Shown: positions 1 through 10,050 of the stretch, piece by piece
How the letters are laid out: each line of letters opens with the position of its first letter
Position numbering within the stretch: the first letter of the stretch is position 1
Origin: Nitrospirota bacterium
Lineage (GTDB): Bacteria > Nitrospirota > UBA9217
Direction of reading: 5' to 3'
Assembly (NCBI GenBank): GCA_963741205.1
Contig: CAVUHW010000045.1
Coordinates: 1 to 64,000 of the forward strand
Length of the DNA: 64,000 nt
The notes under the pieces: generated by a model
What the model was told of the DNA's origin: nothing
The model's input: only the letters and a program-made list of their open reading frames with translations
Database searches by the model: none
Made by a program: the position numbers and the translations under genes

Positions 1-14
1 CAGGAGGGATCATC

Positions 15-400
15 ATGGAAAAGTTTGATTACACGGTCGAAACAAAAAAGAGCTTTGATGATGCGGTGACGGCCATCGAGGTGAAGAGAAAGAGAAGGGC
101 TTCGGCGTTCTCCATGTTCATGATGTGAAGGCTACGCTCGCCGGAAAAGGTTTTGACCGGGAGCCGCTCAAGATCATCGAGATTTGCAACGCCCGGTATG
201 CCAATGAAGTGCTGAAAAAAGACATAAAAATATCCCTCATGCTTCCCTGCCCAGTCAGTGTTTATGTTCAGGACGGCAAGACCTACATTAGTACCCTGCG
301 ACCGAGAGTAATCGGAGAATTCTATCCCCATGTAGAAATAAAAGCGTTGGCCGACGAGGTAGATAATATCGTGGTGAGTATTATCAACGAATCAAAGTGA
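15..400 (+). CDS. DUF302 domain protein (frameshifted near 5' end)
   Basis: RBS GGAGG then ATG at 15 (MEKFDYTVETKKSFDDAV...), continuing into ORF 125..400 with IIEICNARYA and LMLPCPVSVY motifs typical of DUF302. Confidence 0.8.
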
Positions 401-434
401 GGCATACGGCATGAACAAATGAAGGAGAAAAATT

Positions 435-990
435 ATGAAAAGAAAAATGAGTTTATTTGCAATAGTGGCCTTTGGTTTTCTTGCCTTGTTACTGCCCGGC
501 ACGCAAACAGCTGTTCGTGCGGAACCCCGCGAGGTGACTGCGGAAAACACCAAACCGGTGCTCGAGATTACCAATCAAACAGGAATTAAAGTGGTTGCTC
601 ACATCAATTATGCGGACACCATTCCGAACGGCATCAGCAAACAGGTCATGGCAGTCAAAAACCTCTACGACCAGTACACCGCCCTCGGCATGAAGCCCGG
701 CAAGGACTATGAGATTGTTATGGTCTTCAGGGCCGATGGGGCGCAATTTCTTTTGACCGATGAGGCGTATGACCTTAAAGTAAAGCAGCCGCATCCCAAA
801 GGCAATCCCAACAGGGCGATGATTGAGGCCTTGCACGCCGGGGGGAGTGAAGATGTACGAGTGCCAGGTGGCCATGACGTTGAAAGGTTACAAGCCGGAA
901 GATATCTTGCCCTTCAGCCGTGTCGTGGTGTCCGGTATAGGCGCTGTAATCGATTTCGAAAAATCGGGCTACCTGTCCATAACGCCGTGA
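435..990 (+). CDS. Secreted DsrE/DsrF-like family protein (frameshift near 845)
   Basis: Signal peptide; EIVMVFRADGAQFLL; shifted frame gives VKMYECQVAM...VVVSGIGAVIDFEKSGYLSITP* ending at 990. Confidence 0.65.
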
Positions 991-1074
991 TCGACGAGGC
1001 TTGAATGGTGATCTGAGCGGCCACGCATACTCCCGGCTCCTGTCTTGAGATGGTACGGCTGCCAAGGGCACGTA

Positions 1075-1110
1075 AAAGGGCCTTCTGACCTCGGGTTGGA
1101 GGGCCCTTTT
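1075..1110 (+). terminator. Intrinsic terminator hairpin, near-identical copy at 9647
   Basis: AAAAGGGCCTTC...GAGGGCCCTTTT inverted repeat after the DsrE-like gene. Confidence 0.75.
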
Positions 1111-1189
1111 CGGTTTGGAGAGAACCTTATTTGCAATCGTAACCTTCAGTGCGCCATCCATCCTCCTACACTTAGAAGTGGTATATAGA

Positions 1190-1345
1190 TAATAAAGAAA
1201 GGCAGGAGAACTTCTTGCATCCTGGGTCTTGGAACCCTTAGTACAGTCTGTTCCCTGCCTCCCTTAGCCATGATAGGTTGATTGGGCCAACGAGCCCTGG
1301 TAACGATGGAGGATTGGTCGGGAGGCAGTTCCTGCCTATCTAAAT
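1190..1345 (+). ncRNA. Candidate IS110 bridge RNA in the left non-coding end
   Basis: Stem AGGCAGG..GAAC/GTTC..CCTGCCT encloses a loop with AGTACAGTC (1240-1248), the reverse complement of the right-end GACTGTACT; boundaries approximate. Confidence 0.5.
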
Positions 1346-1367
1346 TTTAGCATGGGGAGGGGGATTT

Positions 1368-2558
1368 ATGGAAAACTTAATCGTTGGTGTCGATGTTTCC
1401 AAAGAGTCCTTTTCTGCAGCCGGCCTTGATGGCAAAGGGACGCGTTGTTTCTCTGAAGAATACACCATGGACAGTGATGGGTTTTCGAAGTTTCTGGCAA
1501 CGATCAAGGCACAACAGCCTGATGTCTCCCATGTCATTGTCGGCATGGAGTCTACTGGCATCTACCACCTCAATCTCTTTTCTTATCTCACAGCACAGGG
1601 CATCCATGCCGTGGTCATTAATCCGCTGTTGATCGCGAACTTTGCCAAACTGTCACTCCGGAAGACCAAGACCGACAAGAAAGATGCCATGACGATCGCC
1701 CAGTTCCTGCTGGCACACAGGGATAAGATCTCACAGATGTCCATTAGCCAGGACATGCAGGATATGCGCGACCTGGCCCGGGAGCGGGAGTCCATAAGTC
1801 ATTTGATTACCGCGATAAAGACAGAGATCAAGGGGGTCTTGCAAACGACCTTCCCTGAGCTTGAGCGCCTATGCAACGTCTTTACGGTCATCATGCTTGC
1901 TTTTTTGCAAGAGTTCCCCTCCGCTCGCTTGATCAATTTGGCTAAGCCGCGGGCGATAGCGAAAGCCATGGAACCACACGGTTCAGGGAGCAGGATATCC
2001 ACCTTTACGGCTGATGATGTAATCAAGCTGGCCAAGAACTCGGTTGGGACGGTCAGCCCGGCCAAAGAGGCCATCCTGCGGGGCAAGATATCGACGCTGT
2101 TGCATCTTGAAGGTCGCCTGGATGAGTTGATGGCGATGCTTACTGACTACTGCACCTCCCTGATGGTGGAAGACCTGGAAATCGTAACATCTGTCGAAGG
2201 CATCAGCAACGGGACCGGGACTACTTTTCTGTCTGAGATAGGGGGTATCAAGAACTATGAGACGCACAAAAAACTGATTGCATACGCAGGGGTTGATCCA
2301 ACGGTGTATCAATCAGGCAAGTACGAGGGGGCAAGCAAGATCTCGAAGAGAGGAAATAAGCATCTTCGACACGTGCTGTGGCTTATGACGTCTAGTGTGA
2401 TTATGCATAACAAAAATTACCAGGCGTATTATCAAAAGAAGATACGGGCTGGACTGCCCTATAAGAAGGCGGTCATGGCAACAATGCATAAGCTTATTCG
2501 GATGCTTTTTGCAATGCTGTCACATAGACAGTTTTACCTTGAATCGCGTGTGAGCTGA
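1368..2558 (+). CDS. IS110 family transposase (DEDD recombinase)
   Basis: GVDVSK, MESTG, KTDKKDA (DEDD) and C-terminal AGVDP..YQSG..ISKRGN motifs; intact 396 aa. Confidence 0.97.
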   Translation: MENLIVGVDVSKESFSAAGLDGKGTRCFSEEYTMDSDGFSKFLATIKAQQPDVSHVIVGMESTGIYHLNLFSYLTAQGIHAVVINPLLIANFAKLSLRKTKTDKKDAMTIAQFLLAHRDKISQMSISQDMQDMRDLARERESISHLITAIKTEIKGVLQTTFPELERLCNVFTVIMLAFLQEFPSARLINLAKPRAIAKAMEPHGSGSRISTFTADDVIKLAKNSVGTVSPAKEAILRGKISTLLHLEGRLDELMAMLTDYCTSLMVEDLEIVTSVEGISNGTGTTFLSEIGGIKNYETHKKLIAYAGVDPTVYQSGKYEGASKISKRGNKHLRHVLWLMTSSVIMHNKNYQAYYQKKIRAGLPYKKAVMATMHKLIRMLFAMLSHRQFYLESRVS

Positions 2559-2827
2559 ATATAGTTGACTGTACTTCACGCCAGTTGCCAATCACGGATC
2601 TGCGCACTTCATGCCGAATTTGTTAATCTCACAACGACAAATTACACGCCTCCCGGCATTGACGTTTGCTGAGGACCTGCATGTTGATATTACATATCTC
2701 TCTTAATTACCATCGAGGGGAAAGTGATACCCAATTTCCCCGGATTTTGGTATCATAAACTGGTGACGTGCACAGACCTGACCCTTAGGCATGTAGGCAG
2801 CCGGTCCGGGCCGGCAAGGAGGGATGT

Positions 2828-3617
2828 ATGACGAAGTTCAACTGCAGTCTCTGCGGTGCCGTATGGCAGCGGCAGGGGAAAACAAATTGCTGGAGCTCCG
2901 ACCCGGCGCAGGCGCCGGCCAAACCTGGCTACTGCCCGTCCAGGGAACATATGCCGCTCATTAACAAGGCTTTCGCACAGTATCGTGGCACGTCCGAGGA
3001 CGCGAAGATATCGCGGGTGGCGACGCAGGTTGAGGGCATGTGCTACCAGCGGACGCAGGGAAGCCAGACAATCAACGCGCGGTGGACGCGGGTGGAAGAC
3101 ACCATCGCCTTCGCAAAACTGATGAGGTACCAGAGGATCGGGCTTGCGACCTGTATCGGACTACTCGACGAAACAAACCGGCTTGCGACTGATCCTCCGT
3201 GCGCAGGGCTTCGAACCGCTTTCCGTTTGCTGCAAGGCGGGCAGCAAGGACAAGCTTGAACTGGGAATAGCGGAGGCGGACAAGGTAAGGCCGGGGACAT
3301 TCGAGCCGGCATGCAATCCCATCGCCCAGGCGCGGCTTCTGAACAAAGCGAAGACGGACATGAACATCATCATCGGGCTGTGCGTGGGGCACGACATGCT
3401 GTTCAGCAAGCATTCTGCGGCGCCGGTCACGACGCTCGTGGTCAAGGACCGGGTGACCGGCCACAACCCGGTCAGCGTTCTGTACGGGCAGAACTTCTAT
3501 TACAAACGGCTGCAGGGGGCAGCCCTGGAAGTGCCGTCCCCGGGGCCCGGGGACGCACTGGAGAAAGCGTCAAGGAAGCAGCCGATCAAAGCCCGCAGAC
3601 AACGAGGGCGCTCTTAG
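2828..3617 (+). CDS. DUF1847 domain-containing (putative metal-binding) protein, frameshifted
   Basis: TRVEDTIAFAK, GLATCIGL, SVCCKAGS, CNPIAQA, GLCVGHD, VKDRV motifs. Confidence 0.85.
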
Positions 3618-3789
3618 GGGCTTTACCGTTCAATCATTCCCGGGTCGGACCAGGCTGAGCCGCCGATGTTCAAAGGATATCGTTCCAACAATGGGCGTTT
3701 TTAAGCCGCTCTTTTTTAACGCATCGTAGTGCCCTGACAGGATGAGCTGAGACATTCGGCAGTGTACAGCGGCAGATGATCTACTACTG

Positions 3790-3880
3790 GTAGAAATGGT
3801 CAGTCTCAATGACATCCTGAAGGTGTGGAGTTTCCGCTCCTTGCAACAATCAATACTACATCCGAAATTTATTAACTGAT
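3790..3880 (+). repeat. Island intergenic repeat, degenerate copy
   Basis: CATCCTGAAGGTGTG at 3813, then TACTACATCCGAAATTTATTAACT about 35 nt later. Confidence 0.55.
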
Positions 3881-4081
3881 ACTCCGCAAATACCCCTCTC
3901 CGGTGATTGACAAGCATGTCGAGCAGGACTATAGTCTACTGAATCATTGAAACAAGCACAGCACAATCATTGCTAAACGAAATAACATCGGAAATCTGGT
4001 GTCATCTAGGGGGCTAGCCAATACCGGATTTCCGGAGATATCGAGGGGGCTAATCATCCCCTTGTTGTCCGAGGATATCAA

Positions 4082-4639
4082 ATGAACTATCTAAAAGAGA
4101 TCCAGTCAATAATTATGAAACAAGGATTCCTTGTCTTCGCCATACTTCTCAGCACTTGCGCCACGAACAGCCAACCGTCGCTCCTGGCGGTGGTCCCCCA
4201 GGTGGACCTGGGCCGCTACCTCGGCACCTGGTATGAGATCGCGAGTTTCCCCCAGCGGTTCCAGAAGGGCTGCACCGACTCGCGGGCTGAGTACCGCCTC
4301 CGCGACGACGGCGCCATCGACGTGCTGAACAGCTGCCTCCGGGACGGAAAGGTGGACACGGCGAAAGGCAAGGCCTGGGTCGTGGACCGGATCACGAATG
4401 CGAAGCTGAAGGTCTCGTTCTTCTGGCCTTTCCGTGGCGATTACTGGATCATCGACCTCGGCAAGGACTACGAGTTCGCCGTGGTCTCGGCGCCGTCCAT
4501 GAAGTACCTCTGGATACTTTCGCGGACGCCCAAGATGGAGGAACATCGGTACCAAGAGATCGTCGGCCGTCTGAAGGAACGCGGGTTCGACATGGTGAAC
4601 CTCAAACGCACGGATCAGGGGAACCGGACAGACCGGTGA
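4082..4639 (+). CDS. blc: Lipocalin family protein (Blc-like)
   Basis: VDLGRYLGTWYEIA, KLKVSFFWPFRGDYWII, YLWILSRTP motifs. Confidence 0.92.
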   Translation: MNYLKEIQSIIMKQGFLVFAILLSTCATNSQPSLLAVVPQVDLGRYLGTWYEIASFPQRFQKGCTDSRAEYRLRDDGAIDVLNSCLRDGKVDTAKGKAWVVDRITNAKLKVSFFWPFRGDYWIIDLGKDYEFAVVSAPSMKYLWILSRTPKMEEHRYQEIVGRLKERGFDMVNLKRTDQGNRTDR

Positions 4640-4802
4640 GAGAACATATCAGCCGGTAGCTTGAAATAGGCTGCAAACATAGAGACCTTTTATGTCTTTC
4701 CCACCATTCTTTGTACAGCCAGCAGCATTACCACTGCCGCAATAAGTAGAGAAAGCTCAAGCCGCATCGATCAATCGCGAGCACCGTGTCTGTTCCCCCT
4801 TA

Positions 4803-4970
4803 GTTGAGATCCTCATGTGGACTAAAAGAGGTGAGTTACCCAGTAGTAAAGGGAAAGGGGATTCTCTGTTGACTCTTTCCACTCGTAACGTTCAGCGCGA
4901 TTAGCATCCTGTAACATTGGAGTTTCCATTCCTAGAAACGATCAACAGTTCATCTCATATTTGACAGCAT
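4803..4970 (+). repeat. Direct repeat of 5225-5333, including an island repeat copy
   Basis: GAGATCCTCA...AAAAGAGGTGAGTTACC...GATTCTCTGTTGAC.CTTTCCACTCGTAAC..CATCCT occurs twice. Confidence 0.8.
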
Positions 4971-5059
4971 TAAACCACTATATAAGCCAATCGACAACCC
5001 TCACCGTAGTGATCACGCCACCGTCGTGATCATTGACATCACCGTAAATCAGGAATATA

Positions 5060-5311
5060 TTCGTTGTTAACGCCTTCACACGCTCCGATAGATGGATAGC
5101 GGATAAACCGGACAAAGACGTCGCAATACCAGACGATGTACGAGAATGTCTTTATGAACGGATGGTCTCGTTTCCTGATTTGACCCAGATGGAGAGCCCG
5201 GTTGACATGCAGCTTAAAGCGGCAGTCGAGATCCTCACGCAGATTAAAAGAGGTGAGTTACCGAGTAGTAAAGGAAAGGGGGGATTCTCTGTTGACACTT
5301 TCCACTCGTAA
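5060..5311 (+). pseudogene. Possible remnant of an S41 (CtpA-like) peptidase C-terminus
   Basis: Broken frames read LLTPSHAPIDG* then KPDKDV...DMQLKAAVEIL, resembling S41A C-terminal motifs. Confidence 0.35.
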
Positions 5312-5461
5312 CATTCGGCGCGGTTAGCATCCTGAAGGTGTGAAATTCCAAATCCTCTCAAAATGTGCACTTCATGTCGAACTTCTCATGATTGCGCGAC
5401 GATCAACCATAATCATAAACGAAAAGTGTCACTCATTTTAGCTCATTTTGGTATCATAAAC
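5308..5461 (+). repeat. Island intergenic repeat copy
   Basis: GTAAC 5308, CATCCT 5328, CACTTC 34 nt later, TTTTGGTATCATAAA at 5446. Confidence 0.75.
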
Positions 5462-5703
5462 TTCTATCGGTACCACTACCAGGATTACGAACACAACGGC
5501 CTTGTCAGGGACATGTCTGCGAGAGGCCTCTATCTCAGCGCAGGCTTCCAGTTCTGATACTGAGACCTCATGCTCAACGAGAAGGGTGAGCGGGCCGAGG
5601 CTATGCTATACTTGAGGCGGCATCCACAGTAGCAGAAGCCGAGGCGCTCCTATAAGGAAGTATTAGAGTAGGAAACAAGGTTTTATAAATAAGGAGAAAT
5701 GAT

Positions 5704-8152
5704 ATGAAGCAGATTTCGAAGATGGTCAGTATTCTGCTGCTGCAAGTAGCTATCCTTGCCATCGGAGCAGGCTCGTATGCTGCAGACTCGTCACCCGCAG
5801 CAACGCCGGACCGCACGGTGCTGCCGGTTCAGGAGCCGAAACCGCCGTTGTACAAGGAGCTGGATGCGCGGAACGCGAAAATGCCGCCAAACTTCGAGGT
5901 CAAGGCGCCTGCCGGAGCGCCGAACGTGGTCATCATCCTGATCGACGACCTGGGCTTCGGCGCACCGGCACCTTCGGCGGCCCGATCCCCACGCCGACGC
6001 TGGATCGTCTGGCGCAAGAAGGGACTGCGCTACAACAACTTCCATACCACGGCGCTGTGCTCGCCGACGCGGGCGGCGCTTAAGTCCGGCCGCAACCACC
6101 ACACGGTGAACATGGGCTTCATCACCGAGATGGCGACCGGTTTCCCGGCGCCACCGGCCAGATCCCCAACGCGACGGCTCCGGTGGCGGAAATGCTTCGC
6201 CTGAACGGCTACAGCACCGCGGCCTTCGGCAAGTGGCACGAGACCGCCGCCTGGGAGACCAGCGTGTCCGGGCCCTTCGACCGCTGGCCGACGCACCAGG
6301 GCTTTGACAAGTTCTACGGCTTCCTCGGCGGCGAGACCAATCAGTGGGCGCCGTACCTCTTCGACGGCGTCACGCAGGTCGAGCTGCCGAAGGACCCGAA
6401 CTACCACTTCATGACCGACATGACCGACAAGGCGGTGGCCTGGATCAAGTACCAGAAGGCCCTGACGCCCGACAAGCCGTTCTTCGTCTATTTTGCGCCG
6501 GGCGCCACGCACGCGCCGCACCACGTGCCGAAGGAGTGGATCGCCAAGTGGAAGGGCAAGTTCGACCAGGGCTGGGACAAGATGCGGGAGGAGACCTTTG
6601 CCCGGCAGATCAAGGTGGGCATCATCCCGCCGGGCACCAAGCTGGCGCCGAAACCGGCGGCGATCAAGGACTGGGACAAGCTCTCGGCCGACGAGAAGCG
6701 CCTGTTCGCCCACCAGGCCGAAGTGTTCGCCGCCTATCGCCGAGTACACCGACACGAGATCGGCCGGATGCTCAAGGCCGTCGAGGACGACCGGCGAGGC
6801 CGACAACACCCTTGTCTTCTACATCGCCGGCGACAACGGCACCAGCGCTGAAGGCGGCGAGAACGGCATGTTCAACGAGTACACCTACTTCAACGGCGTG
6901 CCGGAGAAGGTCGCGGACATGCTGAAGGTGCATGGACAAGTGGGGCGGCCCCGAGACCTACCCGCACATGGCCGCGGGCTGGGCGGTGGCCTTGGACTCG
7001 CCGTTCACCTGGACCAAGCAGGTCGCCTCGGACTTCGGCGGCACCCGCAACGGCATGGTGGTCCACTGGCCCAAGGGGATCAAGGCGAAGAACGAGATGC
7101 GCAGCCAGTTCAGCCACGTGATCGACGTGGCGCCGACCATCCTGGAGGCGGCCGGGCTGCCGGAGCCCAAGGTGGTCGACGGCACGCCGCAGATCCCGAT
7201 GGAGGGCGTGAGCATGGCCTACACCTTCGACGACGCCAAGGCGAAGGAGCGCCACACCACGCAGTACTTCGAGATCGCCGGCAACCGCGCCATCTACCAC
7301 GACGGCTGGTTTGCGCGCACGATCCACCGGGCGCCGTGGGAGACGAAGCCGCGCACGACCGCTGGACAAGGATGTCTGGGAGCTGTACGACGTGCGCGAC
7401 GACTTCAGCCTGCGCGACGACCTCGCCGCGAAAAACCCGAAGAAGCTCGCGGAGATGCAGGCACTCTTCATGAAAGAGGCCGAGGAAGTACCACGTGCTG
7501 CCGATCGACGACCGCGTCTTCGAGCGCATCGATCGCCGCGCTGGTCGGGCGTCCCGACCTGATGGCCGGCCGCACCTCGCTGACGCTCGCCGAGGGCATG
7601 ACCGGCATGATGGAGAACGTCTTCATCAACGTGAAGAACAAGTCCAAGACCATCACTGCGGAGATCGAGGTGCCGGCGGGCGGCGCGAACGGCACGATCA
7701 TCGCGCAGGGCGGCCGCTTCGGCGGCTGGTCGCTCTACGTGAAGGACGGCGTTCCGGCGTACGACTACAACTTCCTCGGCCTGCAGCGCTATCGGTCGCC
7801 TCGACCAAGAAGCTTGCCCCGGGCAAGGACGACGGTCAAGTTCGACTTCGCCTATGACGGCGGCGGGCCCGGCAAGGGCGGCAATGGCACGCTGTTCGTC
7901 AACAACGAGAAGGTCGCCGAAGGCAGGATCGAGCGCACGCAGGCCGGGATGTTCTCGGCCGACGAGACGGCCGATGTGGGCATCGATCTCGGCACGCCGG
8001 TGGTCGAGGCCATCGGTTCGGAGGCGAAGTCGAAGTTCACCGGCCACATCCCGAAGGTGACGGTCGAGGTCAAACCGATGAAGGCGACCGACAAGGCTGA
8101 GGCTGAGAAGGTACAGAAGGAAGCGGCCACGAAGAAGGCGATGTCGGATTGA
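5704..8152 (+). CDS. Secreted arylsulfatase (Cys-type FGly sulfatase), multiple frameshifts
   Basis: Signal peptide; PNVVIILIDDLG, CSPTRAAL signature, GKWH, ATHAPH, GDNG, ELYD; C-terminal QGGRFGGWSLY domain. Confidence 0.9.
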
Positions 8153-8298
8153 TTTTAACACCGGAAAGGCAAGGGTGACATGCTCTTTCCTTTCCGGTGA
8201 AGTTCTTCAATTCAACGCCTGAGAGGACCTCGCGCTCCGGCACCCACTCTGGGGGAGCGTCAGTGAAATGAACCTGCGGAACTACCAAAATTAATAAA

Positions 8299-8769
8299 GT
8301 GGAAATGTCCTATATCGTTGATTTTAAAAATGTGTCTACGGTTGGTTTAGAGTCTTCGCCTGTAAAAGAAGCGCTTGCTGGTTTACGTGCTAATGAAGCC
8401 CGTTACTTTATGAACAAATACAAGCATGAATTTACGGTTGTACCAGCTAGCGAAAGCCAGGAGACCCTTGATTATGTGAACCGAATTTTGAAAGAAGAAC
8501 GTGATATTGAGTTTGCGGCCAAACCTTTAGAAACGTCGCGTTTTCAAGTGGAAAATATCAAATTTGCCTATGTCTTTTATGAGGATGGTCTTGCGGTCAA
8601 CGTCATGTATACGGTTGATGACCCTAAGAAGCGGGCCGTTGGTTTTAAGCTTTCTGAGGGGATGGAGGTACCAAAGGAGTTAGAAGGGAAGTTTAAGTTT
8701 GCCAGGCAGAAGTCTAAACTAGCTGGAACAATTCGGGGTTCGTTTTTTGTAATTAAAGGAGAATATTAA
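8299..8769 (+). CDS. Conserved hypothetical protein, AT-rich
   Basis: Intact 156-aa ORF (SYIVDF..VGLESSPV.EALAGLRANEARYF); composition differs from neighbours; function not assignable. Confidence 0.7.
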   Translation: MEMSYIVDFKNVSTVGLESSPVKEALAGLRANEARYFMNKYKHEFTVVPASESQETLDYVNRILKEERDIEFAAKPLETSRFQVENIKFAYVFYEDGLAVNVMYTVDDPKKRAVGFKLSEGMEVPKELEGKFKFARQKSKLAGTIRGSFFVIKGEY

Positions 8770-8964
8770 AGTAAGCAAAAGCGCAAGGGGTAAAGATAAA
8801 GGGACGTTGGTTTCTCATGTTGACTATCTCAACGTATAATGATCTGCCCTAACTAGCCATCCTTGGAACGGCCGACCGATCAATTCATTGTTATAGCGAT
8901 ATATGTTCCTCCCCATTATAGATTTTCTTTAGCAGCCATGCCGGACTAGAACGTTAATTTCCGA

Positions 8965-9035
8965 CTAAAACATTCGGCGTGACGAGCATCCTGAATGTGT
9001 GAAATTCCGAATCCTCTCACAATCAACACTTCATT
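8965..9035 (+). repeat. Island intergenic repeat copy
   Basis: AAAACATTCGGCGTG..CATCCTGAATGTGTGAAATTCC..CACTTCAT, closely similar to 5308-5375. Confidence 0.75.
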
Positions 9036-9329
9036 TTGTATATGTCAACAGCGACTGAGTATCTCGTCGCAACTACGCCCACCTCCAATTGATAAGAGCG
9101 TAAGTCTATCTGCACACTACACAATTAATATTGGTCAAGGGCTACGATAATTAGTGATTATTCCCTTGACCAAAGAAATCAATTCTGCAATAATCTGAGC
9201 GCATCTTGCTGACCTACCACACCAACGAAATATCACAGGATCTGCTCGGACGAAAATGAAAACTTAGTTGTTAGTGCTATTGTTATTCATAAGAGTAAAG
9301 CACATTCGACAAATCCAAAGGAGGATAAA

Positions 9330-9618
9330 ATGGCAAAAGCAATGACCAAGGCTCAATTAGTAACGCGTGTTTCTGAGAAAGCCGGGATCACCAAGAAGGC
9401 AGCGATGGACATACTTATTCAAATTGCCGAAATAGCCTACAAGGAAGCAAAGAACTCATTTACACTTCCTGGCATAGGGAAACTCGTACTTGTTCAGCGC
9501 AAGGCCCGCATGGGCAGGAACCCCCAGACCGGCGAGGCCATCAAAATTCCCGCAAAGAAGGTTGTCAAATTTAGGATTGCTCAAAGCCGCAAAGGATGCG
9601 ATCCTGGGGAAGAAATAA
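9330..9618 (+). CDS. hup: HU family DNA-binding protein (frameshift near C-terminus)
   Basis: MTKAQLV..LPGIGKL..RKARMGRNPQTGEAIKIPAKKVVKFR; shifted frame ends KAAKDAILGKK* at 9618. Confidence 0.92.
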
Positions 9619-9646
9619 CAGATATCACCTGTGAGCAATCATCGGC

Positions 9647-9800
9647 AAAAGGGCCTTCTGACCTCGGGTTGGAAGGCCCTTTTCGGTTTGAGAGAACCAT
9701 ATTTGCGATAGTAACATTCAGCGTGTTTAACTTCCTATATCTCACGAGGTTATTATTCTTAGCAACTCGTCAATTTCGAACCCGAGTATGACAGCTACAC
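9647..9800 (+). repeat. Terminator plus island repeat copy, homologous to 1075-1173
   Basis: AAAAGGGCCTTCTGACCTCGGGTTGGA.GGCCCTTTTCGGTTTG..GTAACATTCAGCGTG shared with 1075. Confidence 0.85.
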
Positions 9801-10050
9801 CATAAAAACATTTCATCCACTTATTTGACCAGTCTTGATATTTTTGCTTATAAAGATGTCGCGTGAAGAGTGGTCCAGGGCTTTGCCCGAATGAGGGGTC
9901 ATCGTCGGCATCGCCCGGAGTTCAGGGAAAGTAGGTCCGGTGATCCGGCTACGGCGCGGGCAGGCAAAGAAACATGACGCACAGGGTGCTTAGCACGATT
10001 CAAGATCTTGAGAAGGTCAGGTACCATAAAAGGCGAACAGGAGGAGCAAT

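Larger units (their letters stand above)
1170..2576 (+). mobile_element. IS110-family insertion sequence
   Basis: ACTT repeated at 1170-1173 and 2573-2576; removing the element rejoins an intergenic repeat; ~195 bp left non-coding end, very short right end. Confidence 0.8.
1139..2760 (+). repeat. Island intergenic repeat, copy 1 (split by IS110)
   Basis: GTAAC at 1139, CATCCT at 1159; after the IS, CACTTCATGCCGAATTTGTTAAT...TTTTGGTATCATAAA aligns with 17495-17660. Confidence 0.75.
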
